A stretch of 64,000 bases of DNA, from contig NIVC01000728.1 of the NCBI GenBank assembly GCA_002269645.1, positions 62,001-126,000 of the forward strand. Direction: 5' to 3'. Made by a program: the position numbers and the translations under genes. The notes beneath the pieces were generated by a model. The model searched no databases. It worked only from the letters and a program-made list of their open reading frames with translations, and was not told the origin of the DNA. Positions 27,001 through 36,867 of the stretch are shown here, in pieces. Every line of letters begins with the position of its first letter. Position 1 is the first letter of the stretch. Source of the stretch: Macrostomum lignano (Eukaryota).

Positions 27001-28271
27001 ACACTCTCAACATGCTTGTTTGAGTGCATTGCTTTGAAAAAAACTAATTGTCTGTCTAACTGCGATCTATTTATATACTTCATAAACTGAATTTGTAAGC
27101 CCAGCTAATAAGTAAAACACCAATATAAACTTCCTGCATTTGACTTTGATTTTAAACCTAAAACATAGCGCTAGAGACACGCAGTATTGTTGATCTGCAC
27201 TTTCTTGCTAACCCCTGATACGATATAAGCGCTTGTAAGCGTTAAACTTGCAACGTCTAACAAATACGTTTGTAAAACACCCGTGTAATCAGATATTTTT
27301 AATAAAATTCTCTCACTATCTGTCTTGCAGGGCAAAATAGAGATGGAGCTGGAGCTGCTGACGGCCGAGGAGGCCGCTCTCCGACCGGCCGGACTCGGAC
27401 AAGACGAGCCGAATGAGAATCCGCACCTGGACCCGCCAAAGTGAGTTGGTATCTCAATTTGATGCGAAAAAGCAGAAAAAATTTAATTCTGTTCTCGCTA
27501 CGGCGAAGGAAAGTGGGCCAAAAATTATGTTTGCCCATGATTTTGAAGTGTCACTTCCTACTGCTACCTGCGGTAGCAATAGACGGACAGATTCCGCTCT
27601 GCATGGGGAGTGCTTATCATTCCAAATTTTTAGCTAAGGAGATGCAATCCAGGTGAACTGATCACAATACTATTTGCTTTCAGGCGCCCGGAGACCTCCT
27701 TCCTGTGGTTCACATCTCCGTGGAAGACCTTCAAGTACATTGTGTGGAAAAACTTCAAATGGTACATCATTGGCGCTCTGCTAACTGTTGTGTTCGGCCT
27801 GCTTCTAGTGCTGTTCATCTATGCCATTCCGGTGAGTAAAGGGGGGAAAAGACGAATCAAGAACTAGGGAATTGGGACTGCCAGGGAGGAAAAGGGATTT
27901 GGGATTAAAATGTGTGACACAATAAGGCTGCTTCTTGGATTTCACTGGTTGGGATTCCACCGTGAGCGGGTTTCGAACTGATAGTCCCGCCGTAGAGGAA
28001 CTATCACCTATAGTTGACCGTTGACCGTTGAACCCCTGAACAGAACAAGGTGCAGAGCGGTCCTGACTTTCTCATTGTCAGACATACAGATGGGGGGGCA
28101 CGAGTCCCAGATGCATGTCACGGTGGACAATATCAATTTCTAGCAGTTCAAGCGGGAATCCAGAACGAAATTTTTAATTCTCGTCGATCTATGCCCAAAA
28201 AATCCAAATGAAACCATGCATACATCGTTTGTTTTCAGGGCCTCGTTGCCAGAAAAGTAGTCGGAGTTTGA
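25..28271 (+). CDS. Type I ferlin (myoferlin/dysferlin-like): C2 domains, FerA/FerB, nested DysF, C-terminal transmembrane anchor; complete multi-exon gene, ~2119 aa
   Basis: Exons reconstructed by hand with GT-AG sites and consistent phases: 25-127, 543-687, 761-866, 951-996, 1375-1586, 5149-5343, 5439-5636, 6434-6563, 6662-6875, 7462-7538, 9397-9914, 10600-10706, 11131-11326, 13149-13313, 15595-16242, 17001-17180, 17717-17759, 18305-18531, 19161-19770, 20173-20297, 20467-20532, 22043-22189, 22698-22754, 24526-25016, 25165-25804, 26386-26808, 27331-27440, 27684-27831, 28239-28271 (6360 nt including TGA). Ferlin motifs: [47 protein letters not shown], DysF (PPGWKW...GWEY...RRRR), [43 protein letters not shown] followed by a TM helix. 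The linker exons between 20173 and 22754 are less certain. Confidence 0.95.
1081..1095 (+). CDS. Candidate 15-nt ferlin microexon (GTGVH)
   Basis: atattttag|GAACAGGAGTGCATT|gtaagt; phase 1 to phase 1, no stop codon, fits between exons 951-996 and 1375-1586. Confidence 0.55.
1760..2510. repeat. 30-bp minisatellite (intronic)
   Basis: Unit ccagatagaaaccaggcagaatggaaggga; degenerate at the left end. Confidence 0.95.
4386..5104. repeat. 20-22-bp minisatellite (intronic)
   Basis: Units tatgggttgttacgggaggc and gggttgttacgggaagcagcgt. Confidence 0.95.
5660..6385. repeat. TGTC-rich ~20-bp minisatellite filling an intron
   Basis: Unit similar to tgtctgctgcctgtgtcttt. Confidence 0.9.
6930..7400. 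repeat. Degenerate ~60-bp tandem repeat with CCAAT and AGATAA motifs
   Basis: Recurrent ccaatgagataaggaaggg...aatgtac...ttaaattggcc. Confidence 0.6.
7826..7840 (+). CDS. Candidate 15-nt ferlin microexon (DKDSE)
   Basis: tgttctttgttgcag|ATAAAGACTCGGAAG|gtaaaa; phase 1 to phase 1, in frame between exons 7462-7538 and 9397-9914. Confidence 0.6.
8021..8900. repeat. 32-bp minisatellite, 28 copies
   Basis: Unit tgagtcactgaaggatcagagggtagctttgg. Confidence 0.95.
10803..11025 (+). mobile_element. SINE family B copy in a ferlin intron
   Basis: Shares gtgtacatgcctgacg, tgagcgtgtg, tcagcggaatggcc and gctggttgtg with 41245-41600. Confidence 0.6.
11490..13085. repeat. ~32-bp minisatellite, about 50 copies
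   Basis: Unit attcagtctatggccactaagacacaatacat, with shorter variants. Confidence 0.95.
13506..13517 (+). other. Candidate 12-nt microexon (QFLK) duplicating the last 12 nt of the upstream exon
   Basis: ggatttcag|CAATTCCTTAAG|gtgagg; the 16-mer AGCAATTCCTTAAGGT occurs at both 13300-13315 and 13504-13519. Confidence 0.4.
13865..14395. repeat. 20-bp minisatellite
   Basis: Unit gagagggcgccatttcgttt. Confidence 0.95.
15595..17180 (+). CDS. Ferlin exons encoding the end of FerB and the nested DysF domain (15595-16242, 17001-17180)
   Basis: W/R-rich DysF signature: YENEW...PPPGWKW...[15 protein letters not shown]...GWEY...MCRRRRYIR, then CWEY...[10 protein letters not shown]. DysF defines type I ferlins. 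Confidence 0.95.
16255..16625. repeat. 61-bp tandem repeat, about 6 copies
   Basis: accccatttg recurs at 16321, 16382, 16443, 16504 and 16565. Confidence 0.9.
18110..18245 (+). mobile_element. SINE family B fragment
   Basis: gccaaccccc...gtgtacatgcctgacgg...ctcaggggtcagcggaatggc. Confidence 0.55.
18695..18885. repeat. 21-bp minisatellite
   Basis: Unit caaataacctacaatttgacg. Confidence 0.9.
20780..20945. repeat. Short C-rich tandem repeat
   Basis: Units similar to cactccgcagccacct. Confidence 0.8.
23113..23350. repeat. 12-bp tandem repeat
   Basis: Unit cccataccgtat. Confidence 0.95.
25935..26170. repeat. 17-bp minisatellite
   Basis: Unit agctcatagctacgtta-like. Confidence 0.9.
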
Positions 28272-30702
28272 TAAGGCAGGTTAATTTCTATAGTTCTGTA
28301 CAATTAGCGGTAATTTTACAGCTTAAGAAGCCATATAGATAACTAACATCTAAAGTAATTCAAAGCCTGGTAGTAGCCTCTGGGTGTTCTCTGGGTAGCC
28401 AGTTTGCAGTACAGTATGAATCAATTGAATTTGGCCCAACTTGTGATAAAACTACTGTACTATTGTCGTATTTTACGCTTCCGCGCTCTAATAGGTACTT
28501 GCTTTAACCAGCTCGCGGCTAAACTGTGTGTGAAGCTTCCCGGGGCATTTACTTTTTGACCATAGACAGCGTTCTCTGATGTTGTGAAGCTGAAACTGCT
28601 CCTGCATTGAATTTGTGCCAGTGGTCAGCAAGCAGACGACTGCTGTCTATAGACTTGGGCCCAGTCTAACCCACAGAATCTGTGGTCTAACCCCAGCTCA
28701 AAACATTCTAACCGAAGTAAGGTTTAGCCATAGACAAAGTTATCCTCAGTCTGAATTGAATTTCCGCTAGTTTTTTTTAGAACTGGACTTTGATCAAAAT
28801 TGAACGTGAAAAGGTGTAATATGATCATTTTCCAGAGAAATTCTCTCTCTCAGTCATCTCATTACAGCTGTTGAAAAAAATGGCTGACTTTTGACCATAG
28901 ACATCATGATCTGTTTATACTTAACTTTTGACAGAATTAATAATAGAAGCAGTATGTAGAATTGCACTCTCTGAACCCGACCGTCCGCAAACCGCACGGA
29001 ACTTGCTTGTGCTGTATTTACAGTGCTGGCACTGTGCTAGGGGTGGAAAGTCTATTTCTACCGCAGCTCACACACCTGCTATCCTATCGGCTATCACAGC
29101 AGGGTGAATTGGAGTTCAGCTTATTCTTCCGATGTTGAGATGAAAATCCACTGCCATTCCAATTTCAGGGTCTCACAGCCAGAAGGATGGTCGGCGTGTG
29201 AATGCAGTGACTTCCAGCTTCAAGCACCTGCTTGTCTGATTTATTTTTACACACAATTAAAAACATTAATATTGATATACGCTCTTTGTGGTATACCTTT
29301 GCGTTATTCAATGCAGTTATATTCACGTTATCATGTTGACTACGTCGCCCAATTACTATAAAACATTGCATAAATATTTATATGACGCACGCTAACCCCT
29401 ATTGGCATCAATCATTCTATCCATTCAAACTTCATTGGCGACTTTACTTGCGTTTTATTTCTAATTTATTACTATATATTTTTGGTCGAATTCCTTTTGC
29501 TTGCATTATACCGACTAACTAAAATTCACACGAACAAATTGCACCGTTTATAACAAAACAGGAATTATAAGAAATTCGAATTGGATTTACACGAATTACT
29601 ATATTCTAAGTATTACTAAACATTAAACAATAGCTAAGTATGCTACAAAATATTACTAAATACTATTCAAGCTAAATTCTGTCAACAGTCTGTTTTGTTT
29701 CTTCGAGTCCTGACATAGCAAAAACACGAACAAATGGAAAAAGCCATTTTTAAAGTCTTACCAAATTTTCTACTAACATATACTTAAGTCATTACTGCTC
29801 ATACTACAGGGTATTGTTGAGGGAAATTATCATTAATTTTTGTGTCGTAGCATGATCGAGTCAGCTCAGACTATGACCTTCCGGTAAATAGTAATCAGTT
29901 AAAGGCTCATTGCACACTATACCCACCAATAGATTTTTCTGTCAGTCTTAACTTCACGGTGTCAAAGTTTTTACTTATTATTAATCAATTAAGGTATTCG
30001 ATGGAATATGAATTCGACACTATCGGATGTCACAATGTTTCTTTTTTCGTGCGTTGAATTTGCTGTAATTGGATATTTTTTAAATGCAGAATCCATGTGT
30101 TTGTGATAAAAAATTTACGGTCTTAAAACCTGTTATTGTGTCAATGTCTTCCAATTTTTCTGTTATACTGTGTCAGCAACAAACTCCGCTAATCTCCGTG
30201 TGTTATAAACTTATATTTCTGTCGTTAATTGATAACTCATATTTCATATTGATGGGTTTCGGTGTCAGGGTTAACCGCATACACATCAGCCCATGCCTGC
30301 ATGGCCTTGGATAGCTAGCCAGAAGCAGCGGTTTATTGTCCATTTGTACCGTAGATTAACCCTGCTATTTTTCACCGTATATCCCAACCCCCCTGGTCAG
30401 TGAAAAGTTATTCTCAAATAAAAATAGAACGTTATGATATTATTATTACGCTCGTATTTGCATATATACACCCAACTGTGTCTCTGCGTTTTACTTAACC
30501 TGGTATCTACTAATTACACATCCGCGATCCTTTCTAGGGGGGGAGGTGGGCTAATTAAAACTCAACGGTAAACATGTCTGAATTTCGTGCTACGACCGGG
30601 CGTTTTTCGTCACGCCACAGCTGTTGAATATGTCAAAAAAAAGTGAGAAACCATGAGTGGACTCAAATTTTAATGGTGGTAAAATGATAAGTGGTAATTT
30701 CG

Positions 30703-33198
30703 TTATTGCCCAGAATGACAGAAAATTTCTAACTTATTAATAATTATTAATAACTTAATGTGCAGAGCTTCAAGAATGTTAAGTTTATGCTCATTTTTGC
30801 TGTTGTCTATGACCTTGAAATGAGAGGTTATGTCTGGCTCATCACAACAACCATGGCATTGCAGCAAATGTTCATGAATCGGAGAGTTTCGTTGCCTATG
30901 TTCCTTGGCTCTCGTGAGTAGGTGTCGCTTGGTTTTACCAATGTAGGTAATGCTCTGGTCAACAGAGCAACGAAAACGATAGATGACACCTGCCTTGAGA
31001 GCACATGGAACACGAGACTTTAAACTCCCAACAAATTGACTGACTTTATGAGTACGGAACACTACATGAATCTTAGTCTTAAAGAATTTTTGGCAAGTTT
31101 TGCGAATTTGCCTCTTAAACACAATCGAAGAGTTGCCCAAAAAAGGAAGAGTCAAGATTGGTTCTCCTGGTTCTCTATCTGGCCGCTTAGGTTTAAGCTT
31201 TTTTTCAATTTTTTCATCTAAGAAATTACCAATAACCTTCATGATGTAGTTGATAGGGTATCCATTGGCAGTGAGAATATTGATAATGTTGGTAAACTCG
31301 TTGTGCAGCAACGACCAAGAGCAACATACTGTATAGGCACGATGAAGCAGACAACGAATGACTCCCGTCTTCCATTCCCTGGGGCACAACGCCTGGAAAT
31401 TAAGCATCAAGTTAGTGAATGTGGGCTTGCGATACACTTCGGTCTCAATAGCGCAGTCCTTCAGATGGATCTCGATGTCAAGAAACGGTAGTTTCTTTCC
31501 ACCATATTCCACGGTGAATTTAATGTTAGGATGGGTGGCGTTTATTGTGTTGAAAAATTGCAGAAAGTCTTCCTCGTTATCAAAAATAGCGCATGTGTCA
31601 TCGACATACCGTTTGTAAAATTTCGGAGCACAGCTTTTTTCCATCCAGGTTTTCTCCCAATGTGACATGCAAACGTTAGCAAGAGTGGGGGCAAGAGGGC
31701 TGCCCATAGCGCAGCCGTCAATTTGCTGGAAGTACTTATCGCCGAATTGGAATATCCCAGACGTGGCAATAACCAACAATTTCTTAAACACTTTCTCCGG
31801 GATTGGTGGCGCTGGGTTGTCTTTGAAGACCAAATTGGTAGCAATGTCGATCGCCAGATTCAGCGGAACATTGGTAAATAGAGAGGTGACATCGAAGCTA
31901 TACAATTGATCTTCGCGAGATGGGGTGTAATTGCTGATGGCTGTTATGAATTCCCTATTGGACCGCAAACTGAAATCCTGAGGGATGCATGGCTTGATAA
32001 ATGAGTCTAGAAATTTAGCCAGCTCATATTCAGCCGTGTTCAGCATAGACACAATGGGTCTCAATGGTTTGTCTTCCTTATGGACCTTGCACGAGCCATA
32101 GAGTTGGCCAGGTTGACTCCCACACGGCATAATCTTCTTGTACACATGGTCACTTATGTGCGGTCTGACATAGGTTCTAATATAGTTTTGGATAGAGCGT
32201 TCAGATTTAAGAACAGGGTGTGACACGGTAACCCTTTCATCGGCAGGTCCTAAGCATTTAAATTTGGTTTTGTCTTGAATTAAGTTGGTCATTTTGGCCT
32301 CATATTCAGCACTGTCTAAAATAGCAACGCCATAGCCCTTGTCAAAGCTCAAAATCTTGATTTGTTCATTATTGCGGATGTCCTTAAGGGTTCTGTGAAA
32401 AAACTTGTTCTGTTTATTGTTGATGGACATGAGAGCACGGGAGCAGAAGTGATCAGTGTCAGAGATAATTCTGTTCTTGCAACCATCGGGAAGGAAGTGC
32501 GCGTCACGGCTACCGGTATTACTAAGAGGTCGAGTACACTTACCAATGGCATTCTCTAACTCAGAGAAGAGGTGAAACTTGTTGAGCTTGGAAGGAAGAA
32601 TCGGGTGTTTCAAACCAAATTGCAGTGCATGTAGCTCATTTAGAGAAAGCTCATGCCGGGAAAGGTTGACAACAGCGTTCGGAATTGGAGAGGCGAATTG
32701 CTTCTCGATCCAGAGACTCTTCAGCTTATTGTCCAGTTTCACCTTGGCAACGTCAGCTTGTTCTTTGGACCTTTTTGAGACAAGTTGACACAGCGTGACG
32801 AAAGAAATCACACCCAGCCGAGAGCTCAGATGCTCTTTCCGTATCTGCAGTTGTTGGCGCAGCCGTCTCAACTTAACTTGGTTGACTCTGAGCTGTCGCT
32901 TCACTAAAGTAGTGTGCAGATCCGAGATGTTGTGAAAGGCCGGGGTACCTGGGGACTTGAATCTAACAAACTTCGGTGTGAGATTCAGTTCCAAACATTG
33001 TTGCAGAAAGGCTTGGTCGATCTGTAGTTTCAGGTATGAAACAGTGAGTCGTTCAAACTTGCGAAGATAGGGGACAGTCACGTCATTGTAGCGCTTGTTG
33101 ATATCGAAATAGAATTGCGGTAGAGAAGCACTCTTAACAGATAATAGTAAGACAAAACTCAATATTATTTGCGACGCGTTTCGGCTAAAACTAGCCAT
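30703..33198 (-). CDS. Penelope-like element ORF: reverse transcriptase plus GIY-YIG endonuclease (831 aa; native C-terminus replaced)
   Basis: RT motifs PLRPIVS, YSFDVTSLFTNVP, QIDGCAMGSPLAP, KRYVDDT, LPFLDI; endonuclease GVIYRF...YIGKTKRHLLTRAKEH...LNILEALHI. The last 15 aa come from flanking DNA; the neighbouring copies end HKPTLNVQLSGGGASEQLLVF. Confidence 0.95.
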   Translation of the reverse strand: MASFSRNASQIILSFVLLLSVKSASLPQFYFDINKRYNDVTVPYLRKFERLTVSYLKLQIDQAFLQQCLELNLTPKFVRFKSPGTPAFHNISDLHTTLVKRQLRVNQVKLRRLRQQLQIRKEHLSSRLGVISFVTLCQLVSKRSKEQADVAKVKLDNKLKSLWIEKQFASPIPNAVVNLSRHELSLNELHALQFGLKHPILPSKLNKFHLFSELENAIGKCTRPLSNTGSRDAHFLPDGCKNRIISDTDHFCSRALMSINNKQNKFFHRTLKDIRNNEQIKILSFDKGYGVAILDSAEYEAKMTNLIQDKTKFKCLGPADERVTVSHPVLKSERSIQNYIRTYVRPHISDHVYKKIMPCGSQPGQLYGSCKVHKEDKPLRPIVSMLNTAEYELAKFLDSFIKPCIPQDFSLRSNREFITAISNYTPSREDQLYSFDVTSLFTNVPLNLAIDIATNLVFKDNPAPPIPEKVFKKLLVIATSGIFQFGDKYFQQIDGCAMGSPLAPTLANVCMSHWEKTWMEKSCAPKFYKRYVDDTCAIFDNEEDFLQFFNTINATHPNIKFTVEYGGKKLPFLDIEIHLKDCAIETEVYRKPTFTNLMLNFQALCPREWKTGVIRCLLHRAYTVCCSWSLLHNEFTNIINILTANGYPINYIMKVIGNFLDEKIEKKLKPKRPDREPGEPILTLPFLGNSSIVFKRQIRKTCQKFFKTKIHVVFRTHKVSQFVGSLKSRVPCALKAGVIYRFRCSVDQSITYIGKTKRHLLTRAKEHRQRNSPIHEHLLQCHGCCDEPDITSHFKVIDNSKNEHKLNILEALHIKLLIIINKLEIFCHSGQ

Positions 33199-33207
33199 CT
33201 TCAGGCA
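33170..33207 (-). ncRNA. Minimal type I hammerhead ribozyme (PLE-type), copy 1; contains the ORF ATG
   Basis: Minus strand reads UGC-CUGAAGA-U-GGCUA-GUUU-UAGCC-GAAA-CGCG-UC-GCA: complete core (CUGANGA, GAAA, UC), 5-bp stem II, palindromic ACGCGU stem III, 3-bp stem I (UGC/GCA). Confidence 0.85.
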
Positions 33208-33347
33208 CTATCGAACAGAATTTATTTCAACCTATTAAATACTGTGTAGACGACAAAATCAGGTATTGAAAAGATATAAAAGGACTAAAGGATCAATGTA
33301 CAGTATAGCAATGTTCATAATATTTTTTGTGGAATGACAGGACAGAG

Positions 33348-33384
<37 letters not shown>

Positions 33385-33411
33385 GCGTATGCGCCCCAAA
33401 TGTACTCTAGC

Positions 33412-34342
33412 TTAGAACACCAACAGCTGTTCACTCGCACCTCCTCCAGATAGTTGGACATTGAGAGTGGGTTTGTGTAACTTAATGTGCAGAGCTTCAA
33501 GAATGTTAAGTTTATGCTCATTTTTGCTGTTGTCTATGACCTTGAAATGAGAGGTTATGTCTGGCTCATCACAACAACCATGGCATTGCAGCAAATGTTC
33601 ATGAATCGGAGAGTTTCGTTGCCTATGTTCCTTGGCTCTCGTGAGTAGGTGTCGCTTGGTTTTACCAATGTAGGTAATGCTCTGGTCAACAGAGCAACGA
33701 AAACGATAGATGACACCTGCCTTGAGAGCACATGGAACACGAGACTTTAAACTCCCAACAAATTGACTGACTTTATGAGTACGGAACACTACATGAATCT
33801 TAGTCTTAAAGAATTTTTGGCAAGTTTTGCGAATTTGCCTCTTAAACACAATCGAAGAGTTGCCCAAAAAAGGAAGAGTCAAGATTGGTTCTCCTGGTTC
33901 TCTATCTGGCCGCTTAGGTTTAAGCTTTTTTTCAATTTTTTCATCTAAGAAATTACCAATAACCTTCATGATGTAGTTGATAGGGTATCCATTGGCAGTG
34001 AGAATATTGATAATGTTGGTAAACTCGTTGTGCAGCAACGACCAAGAGCAACATACTGTATAGGCACGATGAAGCAGACAACGAATGACTCCCGTCTTCC
34101 ATTCCCTGGGGCACAACGCCTGGAAATTAAGCATCAAGTTAGTGAATGTGGGCTTGCGATACACTTCGGTCTCAATAGCGCAGTCCTTCAGATGGATCTC
34201 GATGTCAAGAAACGGTAGTTTCTTTCCACCATATTCCACGGTGAATTTAATGTTAGGATGGGTGGCGTTTATTGTTTTGAAAAATTGCAGAAAGTCTTCC
34301 TCGTTATCAAAAATAGCGCATGTGTCATCGACATACCGTTTG
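33412..34342 (-). pseudogene. 5'-truncated upstream PLE copy (from the RT YVDD motif to the intact GIY-YIG C-terminus)
   Basis: ORF 33412-34239 matches the C-terminal region of the main ORF and has the native stop; the copy breaks at KRYVDD. Confidence 0.9.
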
Positions 34343-34356
34343 AATTTTTACAAACG

Positions 34357-34686
34357 GTCATCTATCGTTTTCGTTGCTCTGTTGACCAGAGCATTACCTA
34401 CATTGGTAAAACCAAGCGACACCTACTCACGAGAGCCAAGGAACATAGGCAACGAAACTCTCCGATTCATGAACATTTGCTGCAATGCCATGGTTGTTGT
34501 GATGAGCCAGACATAACCTCTCATTTCAAGGTCATAGACAACAGCAAAAATGAGCATAAACTTAACATTCTTGAAGCTCTGCACATTAAGTTACACAAAC
34601 CCACTCTCAATGTCCAACTATCTGGAGGAGGTGCGAGTGAACAGCTGTTGGTGTTCTAAGCTAGAGTACATTTGGGGCGCATACGC

Positions 34687-34725
<39 letters not shown>

Positions 34726-34958
34726 CTCTGTCCTGTCATTCCACAAAAAATATTATGAACATTGCTATACTGTACATTGATCCTTTAGTCCTTTTATATC
34801 TTTTCAATACCTGATTTTGTCGTCTACACAGTATTTAATAGGTTGAAATAAATTCTGTTCGATAGTGCCTGAAGATGGCTAGTTTTAGCCGAAACGCGTC
34901 GCAAATAATATTGAGTTTTGTCTTACTATTATCTGTTAAGAGTGCTTCTCTACCGCAA
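34357..34958 (+). mobile_element. Inverted PLE pseudo-LTR (GIY-YIG end, 3'UTR with (CT)15, AATAAA, hammerhead, first codons of the ORF)
   Basis: Reverse complement of 33115-33714, differing by one CT unit in the microsatellite; AATAAA at 34847-34852. Confidence 0.9.
34866..34903 (+). ncRNA. Minimal type I hammerhead ribozyme (PLE-type), copy 2
   Basis: tgcCTGAAGAtggctagttttagccGAAAcgcgTCgca; predicted cleavage after C34900. Confidence 0.85.
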
Positions 34959-35304
34959 AACTTAGACTAGTCGTAGACCTTCATAAAAGATGAGATTTAT
35001 TGGAACCGGTGGCGAGACCGACAGTTTTCTCTCAGAAACAACTGGTCGCCATAAGACTTTGTGGTAGCTGCTGGTCAAACACTTTGCTCTCAACGATGCG
35101 CAGCCCCTTCCATACAGGGGCATAAGTAAACTCTTTTAAATTACCAAGCATGCATTTGGTAAATAATGAGTGGTGCTTGTCTTTGGTTCATGAGTTGGTG
35201 CTTGAATTCCAAGATTCATACCATGGATTCCCAGAAAGTCGGGAAGCTATCCGGCTCGTTCATCTGCCCCGTCGTTGACAACTGTCCATGCGACTTTTAA
35301 TATA

Positions 35305-35490
35305 GAGGCAGAGGGCTGTGTGCCACCCTGCTGGCGCCATTGTCACACAACCGGCGAGAGGCATTACTGCTCACACAGGAGTGTACAGCGGCCCTAACTT
35401 TATTTATCGTTTGGTATGTACACTTCACTGTGCCTTGTGGGTTGGCCCCCTCAAGGGCGTTAATTGCACGAGCAGTGGAGCCGATCTGCG
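35305..35490 (-). mobile_element. SINE family B fragment, reverse orientation
   Basis: acaaccggcgagaggcattactgc...agcggccctaactt...gtacacttcactg...ttaattgcacgagcag is the reverse complement of the body of 41245-41600. Confidence 0.65.
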
Positions 35491-36867
35491 TTATTTTTTT
35501 TAACAATCCATTTGCACTACTGTTAATAGGGTGGATAAAAATATGCTTAAAAGGAATTTTTCCTTAAGCGAAAATATACGAAATAGAAACTAATGCATAC
35601 AAACTGTAAAGTTGATGATCGATAGATCATTAATGAATTTTTGACAACATTTACGGGCGTACATATGTGATTTTCATTTTTACATCACTCTCGCTCATTT
35701 ATTTCAATAAATTTTTGATAGGTAATCATGAAAACCTAAAGGAATGCCTGTAAAGGCGACTTTTAAGGGGTAGCTTTTAACTTATGGATCCTTTCTTACA
35801 AGCAATATCGTCTCATTAGCTTTGGTACGCCTTGTAAGTTTCTTCAAAATCTGACTTTATTGCGCAACACAACGCAAAACGTCGCAAAGTCAGCCACCTC
35901 AAAATGGAAATATAAAAACAAATACGACTAAATTTTGCAAAGCTATGTTGAGCTTGATGGGAAGTAGTGAAGCTGCGCTGTTTCGCGCATACCTAGCTAT
36001 GTTGCATGGTTAAGCAGTGACGCCACAGCGGCTGCACTGCAGCTGTCACACACTGGGACTACAGTCAATAGCTTTTAAAGCAGCAATTTAGAGCTATTGA
36101 GAGCCTTTCTATCCTTGCATGAGGAGCCGGTAAGCTCTCTGACAGTGTCTAGTTAGGGACGGATCCCACTCAGAGCCAGCATTGACTGGTGCGCTTGCAT
36201 GGAATATGCCAGCAACAATTTCCTCGTTTTACACGCTCTATCACCTAGCTGCCTTCAGTTGCCTCCTCTACTCTCTTTCTGTTGCTGCTCCTCTCTCCTA
36301 CCCTCCGTTTTAGTTGTTAGGGGCAACGCAGCAAAACACGGCTTCACCAGTTTTACTCCACAACCCCCACCCCCAGTCGCAGCGCTGAAGACTTTAATTC
36401 CATGCATCCTTCCCAATTCTAAGGCAAGAGAGCAAACAGAGTGGCTGGCAAGGTCTACCCCGACGAAGCAAGGTCCCGGAGGCTGCACGCGCATTGTCTG
36501 CCCAAGCAACACAGCTGCGCAGAGAACCTTGGCAGCCAGCAACTCAAACAACCCACCGTTCTGGCCTTCACAAGCGCTCGCCAACATCGATCTGCTGCAT
36601 GGACGGGCACGGAGGGAAGAGAGGGAGGGGGCGATAGAGCTGAATCTGGAGCCCAGATAAGCAACAGAAATTGAAGAGCCGGGTATGGAGAGGAGGGTGG
36701 GGAAGACCAGAGAAACAATGGGCTGTCAGCCGCTGTTGGGGTGGCGCTAGCAGAGACTGGTTGGCTACAAATTTGGCGTCACTAGGGGAGTCCATAGATG
36801 CTGGCAGGGAGACAGGATTCCAATACTAATCGCTGGTATAGCCTAAGTTCTGCAACATCAAAACGAA

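Larger units (their letters stand above)
30751..34958 (-). mobile_element. Penelope-like retroelement insertion: near-full copy, upstream partial tandem copy and inverted terminal copy
   Basis: 30751-31615 recurs almost identically at 33478-34342 (offset 2727 bp). 34357-34958 is the reverse complement of 33115-33714. Tandem and inverted pseudo-LTR arrangements are characteristic of PLEs. Possible 6-bp TSD AACTTA at 30731-30736 and 34959-34964. Confidence 0.95.

Noticed and set aside
34258-34659. 133-aa plus-strand ORF with GIY-YIG as a stand-alone endonuclease gene
   Set aside because: Chimeric product of the PLE inversion junction (antisense RT fused to the endonuclease end); no independent promoter evidence.
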